A DNA stretch of 34,103 bases, from the NCBI GenBank assembly GCA_000934665.2, contig JYFJ02004184.1, forward strand, positions 1 to 34,103. Direction: 5' to 3'. A program made the translations under genes and the position numbers. The stretch comes from Catajapyx aquilonaris. Its lineage: Eukaryota. This document shows, piece after piece, positions 10,214-21,829 of this stretch (positions within the stretch are counted from its first letter, which is position 1; every line of letters begins with the position of its first letter). The notes beneath the pieces were generated by a model, which worked only from the letters and a program-made list of their open reading frames with translations, made no database searches and was not told where the DNA came from.

Positions 10214-11088
10214 AGGACATGGGTTAAATCCTTATGGAAAAGTGCCCCCAGTTGGATTTGGCTGAAACTTGGTCACTTAATAGACCTTGTCCTCAGGGTC
10301 AATTGTTCTGAAGGCCAAAGAAAATCTACCGTACCGTTTGGCCGCTAGAGGCGCTGAAAGTCTGAATTTCAAAGTTGTCCGATCTTGGTGAAAATGACGC
10401 ATGCTGTAGAGTTTTGTGAGCTGAGTCGAATGCGCTATGGGACAATTTTCTCTGACAAACCATTTGGTAGTTATAGTTAGTTTTATATCTGTAATGAGGT
10501 GTATTGTAGTGTATATTTGTATAGTACAGAATAGTACAAGGGTCGATGCAAAATCCGGAGGTGCACGACGCTACAGTGAGCTGGTCGACTCTTCAATTGC
10601 TGCAGAAGGCGAAGATCACAGTCGTAATTGAGCCCATCTGACTTCATTTTGCCATCTGAACCCAGTTTAAACCACCCTCGAAGGTGGTTTGCGTTAGACC
10701 ACGGTTTAAACCCTGTCTCGAGGCTAATCCCCGTCTTTACAAACGGAACCTTGGTTTAAACTGCGATCTAATTGAGCGGCTGTTTAAACTCCGTCTTTGC
10801 AATCCATTAGTCCCAGTAATTTATCCGTATCACGGTCAAATGGTTTGTAAGAGAAAATTATCCCATGGCTCATTCGACTCAGCTTATCAAACTCTATAGT
10901 GTGCGTCATTTTCACCAAGATCGGACAACTTTGAATTTCCGACTTTCAGCACCTTTGGCGGCCAAACGGCATGGTAGATTTTCTTCGGCCTTCAGAACAA
11001 TTGACCCTGAGGACAAGGTCTATTAACTGACCAAGTTTCAGCCAAATCCAACTGGGGCACTTTTCCATAAGGATTTAACCCATGTCCT
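10214..11088. mobile_element. Long-TIR (about 250 bp) element with AGG..CCT ends at ATAA/TTAA (Kolobok-like)
   Basis: aggacatgggttaaatccttatggaaaagtgcccc...acaaaccattt (10214-10465) is inverted at about 10838-11088. Confidence 0.88.
10630..10808. mobile_element. PIF/Harbinger-like terminal fragment with repeated GTTTAAAC
   Basis: Four gtttaaac motifs, ending aactccgtctttgcaatcc. Confidence 0.35.
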
Positions 11089-11894
11089 TTAAAGAGTCTT
11101 AGGATGTTTGTGTGTGTGTGTGTGGGGGGNTGTCCCCGCCCGTGGATCCGCGCCTGTCATTGTCAAGTATGTATGTGGTGCCATTGGGACATATACACCA
11201 GCACCACCTTCCACGTGTACTGGTAGTGCACAAATCCATATTGCAAGTACACTGACACTAATTCAAGACTCACTACTGCTGTATGAAAGGAACACCATAT
11301 GAGGGCTAACTGGCCACAATCATTGCAGGGCAATGACGACATGCTCATAAGCTGGGTATAAAAACAATCCCTGGTCTTTGGCTGTGAAACAGCTATTATA
11401 CATTGATTGTTTCCATTTCCACTACCTGCTAATTTAAAGGAAATGGGGAACTTTTATTAAGTGGTACCCTTTCTGAGCATCATAGAAATGAGTTATGCAA
11501 CCCACATGACGATCATCAGCACTAGTGTCCCAGTTGCAGAGAGGTGCAAACGGTATCCTGAAAAAGATACGTGTTCATCAATGTCCAGCTATTTATTCAT
11601 TGAGAGTTTCAATTGAAATGTATTAATTACTGAAGCATTGGAACTAAGCTGCATTAGGTGACCCATCCCAGAACTAAATGCCCAAGTAACTAGGTTCATT
11701 TGTGAACTGTTTGTATGCTATATATATTTCATCTATTTATTTCACCTCAACTCCTTAGGCTCTCTTGGTCCTCACCCACCCAACCAATGGGTTTACAAGA
11801 GGTCTTGTTGTTATTGCCAGTGTTCAGACAAAAGGAGGATGATGGCCAAAGTGCATGCCTTGAGGTTGACCAGGCAAAAGCAGAGGCAACAGAG

Positions 11895-12360
11895 GGGCCT
11901 CTTTGCCCCAGGGGTGGGATAGGCTTTGGAGATGCACCATGTGCTGCTGTTGAGGCTTTTTCCATAGATGGCTAACCATCACCTTCCTCATTCTCTGTTG
12001 GATTTGAACGTCACTGCATCATCCAGAACATGACACCAGCTAGAAGAGAAGGACCACTTGACCCCCATATTGGTAGACTCCTTTCTTACACAGTCCAGAT
12101 ATTCAACTGCTTGTGTGAATCCCTGCGATAGTCCCCATCGTTCCTTCTAGACAAGCATTCACTTGCATCAATCCCCTTCTCTTTCATCCCAGGCCCCCCA
12201 CACACCCTGGTCATTATTAGCTGATTGTAAGTTTTAAGGCCATCTTGTTATCCGGAGAAGGGAGGCATTTGTAGGCTGAGTCGATGAAGTCAGACTTTTC
12301 CACTGGTAAAAGTACCACAGGCCTTGGAATGACGTGATACATATGAGGCATTCCACGTCA
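11895..12360 (-). pseudogene. Highly degraded RTE-type LINE 3' fragment
   Basis: rc peptide remnants RHSKACGTF, KTYNQLI, IDASEC, SWCHVL occur in the order expected for RI.KA...F / ID.FEM / RW.GHV, with many disruptions. Confidence 0.4.
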
Positions 12361-12486
12361 ACAGGAACCCCCCCCCCCCCCCCAAATCTTTTCCGCTTTT
12401 TACCAAAACTGAGTATGTTGTAGTCCCCATGTATCTATGCAAGCGCCTCGTTTTGTTTGTCCCTGTCATGCATGGTTGCATAACTA

Positions 12487-12700
12487 CAGGGTGCGAAAGA
12501 TACAAGGTTTTGGAAATTTAGCCTACGTCTGGCATCAGTTGGAGGACTATAACTTCGTAACATTGTAACATATTCGAAATGTGATTAATGGAATGGAAAG
12601 CTATTTTAACACCCTTTCAGATGGTAGAATCATATTTATGAAAAATCAAAATTTCAAATTAAAGATGACACCCAAAATGTGATTTTTATTTTTCTCAAAT
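12487..12700. mobile_element. Left-end fragment of a CAGGGTG-TIR MITE
   Basis: TA|cagggtgcgaaag; no matching right end found. Confidence 0.35.
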
Positions 12701-12791
12701 GTGGACATTTAAAAAATAATAATTTATATTGCCCTTAAAATAATAATAATAATGGATACCACGTTGGGCCTTTTAAGGGATCATCTTTTAA

Positions 12792-13333
12792 CTCTTTAGC
12801 CGCCGTGTCCATCCTCCATGGACAAACATTTTGAGAATGGTTTGCAAAAAATTATAAATCATAAATTAATGTAGTTTTCGGCATATTCACAAGCAAAAAA
12901 AATTCAACACAAAAATCACATGCTCAAGTAATTTGTTGGACTTTTCCGTATGACGTCATCTTCCGCCGGCCATATTGGAAAAAGTTCTATGTGCAATGAT
13001 AGAGATTGTATGAAGTCTAGCTCAATTCTGGGATTTAGTAATTAGTTAGATTGGGTTCCAGGCAATATTTTGCAATGATGAATTTTTTGATCCCATATAC
13101 TTCACCGCTACGTTTTTTCCTACCCCCGAGTGATGCGTATAAGTAGTTATAGCTGTTATGATACACACGGCCTAGGCTGGAGGCGGTGCAGTAAATCTGG
13201 CTGAAGCAGCGATTCAGTGCGGTTCAAATGATATGCCGCATGGGGCTAAAGCACCGTTGGTGAGATATACCATTTTTTAAATACGATTAAGTTATGCATG
13301 AATCAAGTGGGGGGAGTAGCGGCGGCCAAAGAG
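12792..13333. mobile_element. piggyBac-like non-autonomous element
   Basis: TTAA|ctctttagccgcc ... ggcggccaaagag|TTAA. Confidence 0.82.
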
Positions 13334-13718
13334 TTAATTAGCCGACTTTATTCATTGCCTTTGCTGTGATGGGTTTTGAATAGTACTTAACCCAGTTATG
13401 CCTGAAAGATTTTTTTTTAATATTTTGGTTTTTGTTTGTTTTTATTAGTTCATGATAGTCCCCAAAACACAACAAAAATGCTAAAAAAAATTATGGAATG
13501 CTAGATTGTAAGAAAAGGGCCGTCCCCTATAGGGGACACTCGGCAAATGTAACCTCTAGTATGGCTATACTGTATATACAAGGAAAACGTAAGATATAGG
13601 CTGCTGTATTGAAATAAAGATGAAAGTGTTTTTTAAATTCATTGAAAAATATAGAGAAGGAATGTTATAGCTAAGACCCAATGTCATATATATATATTGG
13701 ACATCTAATTATGCAATA

Positions 13719-14069
13719 TAATAATATATAATAATAATAATAATTCTTGGGTAGTGCCTGACCCTATATATAGGGTATGCGGCACAGACCTTTAGTGTAA
13801 CTTATACATAGACCATATTTTTTGAAACGCCCGGGCCCACAGGCAGGATGACAGGAGGGGATGTGCAAGGTGCAGTGCAATGTCTTTATGTGGCCATTTT
13901 TAGTGAACTCCCCCGGGTGGTTTAGTCTGTTGGAAATACCACCCGAGACGAAGCCAGAGGTGACCCTGAAATCTGCACGAGATGAAGGGGGTGTCCCCGG
14001 GCTGGGATCGAACCCGGGACCTTAACATCTGTGGGCGCATACATTACCGCAGCACCACTCCGCCTCCCC
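13719..14069 (-). mobile_element. tRNA-derived SINE family A, full length
   Basis: rc A-box-like tggtgctgcgg and B-box ggttcgatccc. TSD ctaattatgcaata at 13705-13718 and 14070-14083. Confidence 0.92.
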
Positions 14070-14257
14070 CTAATTATGCAATAAGTGATTGCAACAAAAA
14101 TATGAAATTCTGAAAAATGGCTTCTACACCTCCACTACAGAAGGTTCTTTCAAAGTATTACTAAATAATTGCACAAATGGCTGCTCGGGTCTCAGGAGGG
14201 TGTAACGGAAACTTGTTCATTGCGGAATTTTAGAGTCACGTGCTATTCAGATATGTA

Positions 14258-14469
14258 CCCCCGCGAGCATAAAGATGGAGACGGCAGGCCCTTTTTTGAC
14301 CTTTCTTTATACGACTCAAATTAATGAACTATTTTTTGGACCGAGTTAGCTGCTTCAGGCGTGTGTTCGTGTATTTATGACAGTATATTTGATACCGTAA
14401 TTGCTGAGATTATCAGAGCAGCCTGCCGAAGGTGAGGGCCTGCCGTCTCCATCTTTATACTCGCGGGTG
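14258..14469. mobile_element. Tc1-like MITE
   Basis: TA|cccccgcgagcataaagatggagacggcaggccct ... agggcctgccgtctccatctttatactcgcgggtg|TA. Confidence 0.85.
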
Positions 14470-14498
14470 TACATGTTCAGCTGTATATAAATACTATA

Positions 14499-15400
14499 CA
14501 GTGAATCCTGTCCACAACGGACCCTGTGTATAATGGAAACTTGCCTATTGCGGAATTTTTCTGGTAACTGGCATATGAAAATTACACAATTTCCGCTATA
14601 TTCGACGCGGAAATCGTGTACTTTCCATACCCCAGTTACCAGAAAAATCCGCAATAGGCAAGTTTCCGTTAGACACAGGGTCCGTTGGGACAGGTTTTAC
14701 TTCCCATCTAGCTACATTCAGTGAAATCTGTGCATAGCGGAAATGCACGGGACTTGAATATTCCTCAATGAACAAGTTTCCGTTATACATATGGTTCGTT
14801 ATGGACAGGTTTTACTTCCCATCTAGCTATATTCAGTGAAATCTGCGCATGGCGGAAATTCACGGGATGATAATATGTTCCGTAATGAGCAAGTTTCCAC
14901 TATATTCGACGCGGAAATCGTGTACTTTCCATACGCCCGTTACCAGAAAAATTTCGCAATAGGCAAGTTTCCGTTACGTTCAGGGTCCGTTATGGACAGG
15001 ATTCACTCTAGATAAATATGTAGTGAAACCTGTCCATAACACACCCTGAGTGTTACAAAAACTTGTCCATTGCGAAATTTTTCCGGGAACGGGCGTATGT
15101 ATAGGACATAAATACCGTGTCGAATATATCGGAAACGGCTGATATACCGTACTATATATATCTATATATCTATATATATATATCGACATCGTTAAATGGT
15201 TCGCGCGCGATCCGCAACAACAGCGCCACTTTTTTTCCTTCCCCACTCTCTGCCCACAATGCTTTGCAGCATTGCAGCGTTTACTTCCACTCTTTCCCGT
15301 TTGGTGCTGATGACTAGGAAAATCGTAATTTTAATTGGAAACTTGTCAATTACGATTTTTCTAGGGCACCGTGCTATTCTGCTATACACAGGTTTCACTG
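14499..15400. repeat. Composite array of pogo/Tigger-type MITE modules (tandem and inverted)
   Basis: TA|cagtgaatcctgtcc ... caggtttcactg|TA. Internal duplications with periods of about 115 bp (14691/14806) and about 304 bp (14596/14900). Confidence 0.8.
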
Positions 15401-15699
15401 TATCCAAAAGAGAAAGTTTGTATCCATGTATGTTTAATTGTAGGCCTACATGGCAATGGGTTACCATAGCTACGATGGTTGCCATGGTAACCCACTTGCC
15501 GGGTAACCCTCGTTTTAAAAATAGGGATTCATAAAAATTCAGTTCGACAAAACGCACAAAATCCGCACGCATACAGTAGCCCAGAGTACCAGTACTTGAC
15601 TTGCCGGTCCACATGTGGTGCATTTGCCAAGTGTCCCTCATAGGGGACACCCGGTTTCAACCCCACCCTCAGACAAGGAAAGTAAAAAATATTCCTATA

Positions 15700-16033
15700 C
15701 AGGGTGGACCAACTTCAAGTGTCGTTTTATAACGGCTATTAATAGAAGCGCTTTACGATTGACGTAGCAGAGACGTGTAAAATGGCGCCATCGAAAATAT
15801 TAGCTGTGTTTCGTTTGCAGGCTTCCCCCTTGCATTACAGGTCCATGGTCCATCTGGTGCCTTGGACGTCACCCATTTCACCCAGGCGCATCGCAGGTCA
15901 TGTGTGCTGCTATTGGCAGCTAATATTTTCGATGGCGCTGAAGTGGGACATTTTACACGTCGCTGCTACGTCATCGCAAAATCACTGCTATTAATCGCCG
16001 TTATAAAACGACACTTGAAGTTGGTCCACCCTG
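15700..16033. mobile_element. CAGGGTG-TIR MITE with about 110-bp arms
   Basis: TA|cagggtggaccaacttcaagtgtcgttttataacggc ... gccgttataaaacgacacttgaagttggtccaccctg|TA. Confidence 0.92.
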
Positions 16034-16859
16034 TATTGCCACATCGACATCATCATGCATACGTTTTCTAAGTATTACAAACAAAAAATAACTCATAATG
16101 CTAATCAACATTAGAGAATTAATTACTAATCGTCTTCGGAACGTGGAGGTGCAGCCATTATTTCCTGCGTTAAAATTCAAACACCTGTATCTTAAAAATC
16201 TGAAGCAATATTGAGCAGGTTTGAACTTGTATAGTTAGCTGGGACTCGACTGAAGTCCCCATCACTACTGCCAGCTCTTTAGCAGCAGAAGAACGTGCAC
16301 AAAAAAATTAAAATGTGACAACTGTGCAGGTGTCCCCTATAGAGCACTCTCGGCATATCTGGGTTAAAATGAAGCCTGAAATGTTTTATTTAGATTTCCG
16401 CAAAATCTGGATGGACATTTTTAGATACAGTATTAGCCAAACATTTAAAAATTGTGTGCGCCTCAATCGGCAACAAAATTTCACCAATATTGTTGCTGTA
16501 AAAATTCATACTGCATGTTATGGGAAAGCCTGATTCAAGAACTCGACCTAGGTAATCGTAAATACCGATGTCAATGGCCAATTAAAAAAGATTAATTGCA
16601 TTAAATTGAAGGAGACCCCATTTTAAAGCACTTCGAGGATGGATCAAGTTTCAGAATTTTTATTGTCATGTACAGATGCCCAAATGAAATGTCACGTGGC
16701 TAAATGAAGAATTACATATTTGTCGAAGGAAAAATTTTGAAACTGTCATTTCAACAATATTACTGAATTGTTATTATATCAACAATGAGATAGCTGTTCT
16801 CATCAAAATTGCTGGCCGTAGTAACTTGGTGTTTGGCTCGTTGCTGATACAGGGACTCA

Positions 16860-17465
16860 TACAACAATGGTACTTGACAAGATTAATTTGCATGACAGCT
16901 CTCGTAAATGGTGTACTACTTTTTGCAGATGCAGTTATCATTTGTGGACTTGTCTTTATCGTTGGTAACATTTTGCAGCAGGTCCAACAGTTCCTGCTTC
17001 TCCTGATGGCTCCAATTTTTTATATGGTGGCATTTACTGGTCTTGAAATGTGCCATGACAGCAAGGTCCATGTAGCTACAACCGACTCCTCTTTGCAAAC
17101 CACATATTTCAGTACAAAGCCCGTAACTGTAGGAGCAACCCGTGCTGGGAAAGCAAATGACATTGCTGACCTCTGTTGACCATATTGTTATGAACAGTGC
17201 CTTTTTGTGAATACTCTGTAATATTATATAGAAGGAGTTTCAATTACTAGTACCAATTTTTCCATATTGGCACTTACAGTGTTTCCTTATTATTATGCCA
17301 TGGACAGGGAAGGGACAGGGAAGAGGGAAGTCTTGAGTCGAGGACTAGCATAGTCCCTCTATGGAATGTGTTTCTGAATGCAAATATGAACTAATGGTCT
17401 AGTCCACCTTAGTCCAGAACTGGTCTACTCTGTTCCAGGGACTAGTGAGTGGTTTCTGAATAAAA
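16860..17465 (-). pseudogene. PIF/Harbinger remnant: terminal region plus Myb/SANT-like ORF2 fragment
   Basis: rc KNWSHQEKQELLDLLQ..KDKSTND..CKK* resembles the N(F/W)S..EK..LL.L Myb-like pattern. Upstream attcagaaac repeats resemble the 9300 terminus. Confidence 0.45.
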
Positions 17466-17695
17466 TTCATTGTTTTATTTAAAGTGAAATGTTGTGTTGG
17501 TGTAGGAACTTGGCCACATTCGTTGCACTTGCCTGGGAATTCATTACTTCTGACCTCTATGTAGAAAATCACCTGCCCTGAATCACTTAGTAAAAAACCC
17601 CGAAACCTCTCATGCAGGGTGATGCATCATTACTAATCTTGTTTGTATCTCAGTAGTTTGAATGAGTGATTGGTATGTCAGGGATAATGCAGATG

Positions 17696-18015
17696 CAGTA
17701 GAACCCCGATTACCCAACGCCTCAGTTTATCTGACCGTCCCAATCTGGCAATAAATCTGTTTTCTCATCAAATACAGTAATGTACTACACATTTGTTTTG
17801 TATTGCCTTAGTTAAATTGTAAATAGAGAGCAATAGTGTGTGTATGTAAAAGAGAAAGAATTAACTATTTCTTAGAAAACCATAAAATTGTACATTATTT
17901 TATGTTTTTATGATTTTTGTTGTGTTTCAATCAAGTTTTCTGTGCTCCTAGGATTTTTTGTGTTCTGACCATGCCCCGGTCGCGTGGGTGATAGATAATA
18001 ATTGGGGTTCTACTG
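17696..18015. mobile_element. Tigger-type MITE
   Basis: cagtagaaccccgatta ... taattggggttctactg|TA. Confidence 0.8.
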
Positions 18016-18875
18016 TATTAAAAGTATTACATCTTGACTCACTGAACAGGATGTGACAGTAGTTGATGTGAATGAAATGCAGGGCATTCAATTACAGGGC
18101 AGTGGGAACATGTGTCAACTAATGTGCCAAAGTCATGCAGGGTATTTGCGTTGTCAGGCATAGTAATTCTGGGATCTGTTATGTTTTTTTACTTTTGAGT
18201 GGAATAGCACACTGTTTTGTAGTCTAACGAAGTAATGACAAGCAAGAAGTACAATACTGGAAAAAAATGCCTTGTATCCCAGCAAGAATCACTATTCTGG
18301 TCACGGGTGGAACCATTCATAAGTGCAAGTTGATTCACATATGCCCTCATGCACTCCTGCTTGTCTGGGGGCTTGGCGCTGCTTGCAGCGGTACAAGGAA
18401 GTTTTGTCTAGTAGTGTACTAGACAAACAATTACCTTTTCCAGTAAAATATGTGTTGTTTATAAGTTATTACTGTCCACCTTAAACCTTGGAGCCCATTG
18501 CACATACACCATATTTTTTCATGGCTCCATTCGTTATAACTTCATTGATGATGTATTTTGAAGGAAGAATCCTAAGAAAACCTTTGCAAAAATTGAAAGA
18601 ATCCATCAAAATCTTAAGCAAAAGTAAAAAATCTATCAGCCAATCAGGAGATTAAGTTCAGCACCTCAGGTGAATGTCTGGACCTAAACAACTTTTGCAC
18701 CCATGTCATCCAAATCCAGGCATACCTCACTTCATAGTGCTTTGCTATTACGGTGCCTTTCAATTATTTTAATTTGTATTATTTCGGCACTTCCCTTGCT
18801 ATTGCGGCATACGCACACATCAAGTGAATCCAAGCCGATTCGACCAATTCAACTGGTGCTATTTTTAAATATATT

Positions 18876-18983
18876 GGGTGGAATTTTCATTCCACTTCTA
18901 GTTACTGCTAATTTAGAAGTGCCAGTGTTGGCACTGGTACTGCTAAGTTAGCAGTAACTAGCAGTGGAACGAAAATTCAACCC
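18876..18983. mobile_element. About 110-bp hairpin MITE, copy 2
   Basis: Homologous to 7303-7412. Confidence 0.85.
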
Positions 18984-19128
18984 ACCATTTTTACGCTTAG
19001 ATTTTTTAAAATTCAGCCGAGTGCTATTGAACACTCAATACATGATAGTGTAAACGTGTTATATGACTTTTATGCACTAGGAAAGGGGGGAAACTCAGGT
19101 TCACTTTTTGGCTATATTTACTTTGCAG

Positions 19129-19163
19129 ATGTGGTCTGATACTGAACCCACCGTAGTAGCGAG
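19129..19163 (+). CDS. Host gene exon A (35 nt; MWSDTEPTVVA-R); may contain the start codon
   Basis: Acceptor atatttactttgcAG, donor gag|GTATGC. Ends in phase 2, matching exon B. Confidence 0.6.
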
Positions 19164-19385
19164 GTATGCTTGCATTCCATAAATTTAAATATCCCAAAAA
19201 CATTAGCTATCTTATATTTGGTAAGGAACATGAGGTGAGGTAAAATAGAAAGCAAATTTAGGCATATTTAGGGGGTTATGAATGATGACAACTGCCCTGA
19301 CAGTGAGCATAATTAGATAGCATGTATGACTGTTTCCTACCTCAAACAACCCAACCCATCCCCGTTTCTTTCTCCTATCCTCTAG

Positions 19386-19706
19386 AACAACCCGCAATAA
19401 TAAGGCACAAATCCCGGTCCTACGATCCCGCCAAAATTTGGAACGCCTTTACTACAACGACCCGGAGAAAACTTTGCGGTTAAAGAGTGCCATCAAGCGG
19501 ATGGGAGCTGCTGCTGCCACTCATCCTAAGAAGAATCTGAAGGTTGACTTTATCCCAGTGCCAGCCGATCAACAGAAGTGTCCTGAACTAAAAGCATCCC
19601 AGTCTGACACCACAGACAATCCTACTCCAGCCATGATTCAGGTGGTGAAGATGATTGAAGAGAATTCTCACAAGTTACCACCTCTCAAGAAGGCTAGGAT
19701 ATCTTC
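19386..19706 (+). CDS. Host gene exon B (321 nt, phase 2-2)
   Basis: Strong acceptor tttctttctcctatcctctAG and donor GTAAGT. Open frame TTRNNKAQIPVLRSRQNLERLYYND...PPLKKARIS. Confidence 0.82.
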
Positions 19707-20021
19707 GTAAGTTGTGTTACCCCCATTGCTTTCACCAGGTGGTTGGGGATCATCTACTCCATATTTCAAATCTCTCTTGTTAACATAATTCACGATTCTT
19801 GTGGCAAGTGCAGCGTTGTGGTTATTTATTTGGTGATGGGTTTGGGGTGATAGAGCAAATTTGCAGTGGTGCTATATTTTATGAAGGTGCTGATTCAACA
19901 AAGTGTAAACTTAATTTTTTGTTACTTGGGACCTAGTTTGCTGGTCTTTTCAGGTCTAAAAGGCAATATATTTGCATCTGTTTCTCTCAATACTTGGTAT
20001 GTTGAAAGCACTAAACAAAAT

Positions 20022-21829
20022 GGGCTGTATTCAGAGTCAACACTAGTGGTGAGCTAATGCACCGCTAAAGTCCTCAATAACTAGTGCAACACTTGGTCCT
20101 CAGCAGCGCCACACTAGTTGCTCTCATTCACAGTTGCCTCCCTGCCTGCTTGGAGGAGTCCGCTAGGTTCATGAGTTCACTGGCTGGTGGCAGTGTTCCC
20201 GTGATTTCACACTCAGGTTTTCAGGCACCGTCTCACAGTGGGGCAGAATCGAAAAAGCTTGGAAGAAAAGTCGTACAACTTCTTGCGAGTGACAATATGG
20301 AATTTAAATGTGAATTACGTGTGTTTAAGCCTGTTCCAATAGATTACGAGAGAGGAAGAGGTGTCAACTAAAAACCAGGTGACTAACTAGCTGCAAGCCT
20401 GGGTTTAAGAGCAGAATACGTGTAGTTGGCACCATGAATCACCGAGATATTAGTTTATAAATTTGTGGATGAGGAAGTTTGATGCAGGAATCACATTGGG
20501 CCCATAGGCATTCCTTCCATCTTGGACTGGCCGCCCGATCAAGTCACTAAGGGATGTGATGCTGCAGAGAGGTTCTTGACAAAATAAATCGGATGTTGTG
20601 ACTAAACGCGCCAGTATGTGCTAACCATTTTCGGTAGCTCTTATTCTCCACATTTCCCTCTACCAATTAGCAAAAATATCATTCTGGGATAATGTGGGAC
20701 CTTTTTTGTATTCCAATTTTATCTTTGCATTACACTCATATTCTTGTGCTTGCAAGCCTTGAGTCAACCGAGATTTTCTGAGCCTTCCGACACTTCAATA
20801 ATGAAATTTAAAGGTTACAAGACGTATTCTATAGGATCCGCTCTACAATATCCATACCATCGTTTTCCAATACGGAGAGTATAATTAGCCAATAGCGACA
20901 AGTGAATATTAAGCCACTAGCCACTAGCCTCTCAGAATTTTGCCCAAGCGAAAAACGTGTACTTTCGCAACCTCTGCCCAGGTTAGGGATGACCGCAGAG
21001 CCAATTTTTTCAGATTACTAAGCGCTGGTCATTTGACAATCTGTATCGCATATATCCAAGACCGAAACTAAAAGGTCAAAAACGCATTTTTTCCCAACTG
21101 TTTTTCGATTCTGCTGCACTGTGCGTCTCTGCGATAAATGGGCTTTTAAATATTGATACATGCCTTATTCGATTTTAATACATTTTGTATGCATGAAAAC
21201 ACATTTTAGATATAAACAATTAGTAATGAGGGATTTACAGGAAAAATTTTCGGAGCTGGGGAAACAAATGAAGAGCGTCGGCCGCCTCTGTTCAGTTTCA
21301 GCACGTGGGTTGCAGACATGTTGTAGACAAGTGATGTCAGACAAATTAATTGCGTCATATCTGTTATTTGGTGGGATAATTGTTGGAAAGGGGGTGAACG
21401 AGGTGTGAACCAAACCTCAGCTTTAAATCGTGCCTCTCCGCTGATGGCACTCCAACCCCATCCTTTTTGAAGTAAATTATTTTCCTTTAATAAAGTGATT
21501 ATCCATGAAGGTAGCCACTGCCCTTATTAGGATACGAACAGTTGTCCTGCTCTGTAAATATGTATGCCAGGACTACTGCCTCACATATTGCTGGATTAGC
21601 AGAGCTGAGTCCAGCTGCCTTTGCCTGTTCAGGGTTAGCATGACGCGAAAGAAAGGTCCCTCCTCCCTAAGTTTTGCCTTAGTGGATCGCTTTACCAGGA
21701 TCGCGCTAACCCCAATTTAAGACCCCACTAGGCCTAAACGCAAATCTGTGTGTGAATTTCCTTAGTGCACTGGGTTGCGTGGTTTAAAGCATTGGACTAA
21801 ACTCTTGCTGTTGACTCTGCATATGACCC
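20022..21829. mobile_element. PIF/Harbinger-like non-autonomous element (intronic)
   Basis: AAT|gggctgtattcagagtcaaca ... tgttgactctgcatatgaccc|AAT (3-bp TSD). Confidence 0.72.
20234..21123. mobile_element. Non-autonomous Transib element with CACAGTG ends
   Basis: CGTCT|CACAGTGgggcagaatcgaaaaa ... tttttcgattctgctgCACTGTG|CGTCT (5-bp TSD). Confidence 0.9.

Larger units (their letters stand above)
9897..11156. mobile_element. hAT/P-like non-autonomous element (CAGGGGCGGATCCA TIR)
   Basis: caggggcggatcca / tggatccgcgcctg, with gtcattgtc duplicated at 9889-9897 and 11156-11164. Confidence 0.82.
13391..16363. mobile_element. piggyBac-like non-autonomous element with several nested insertions
   Basis: TTAA|cccagttatgcc ... 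ggcatatctggg|TTAA. Palindromic motif gtcccctataggggac near 13522, with variants near 15632 and 16330. Confidence 0.72.

Noticed and set aside
10340..10357. CTCF-like motifs (ccgctagaggcgct; also cgccagatggcagca near 5683)
   Set aside because: Short imperfect matches within TE-like sequence; no functional evidence.
11400..11700. Second RT fragment on the minus strand (CSLVPML.., ADD)
   Set aside because: Motifs emerge only with several assumed frameshifts; too degraded to call.
14499..15100. Repeat-spacer-like pattern as a CRISPR array
   Set aside because: The intervening segments are themselves homologous, the units are TIR-derived and there are no cas genes.
15307..15335. ctgatga-ctag-gaaa hammerhead-like core
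   Set aside because: No convincing stem I or stem III pairing around it.
18050..18141. Possible upstream exon (DVTVVDVNEM..)
   Set aside because: Weak pyrimidine tract and donor; phase incompatible with exon A. Could only be alternative or UTR.
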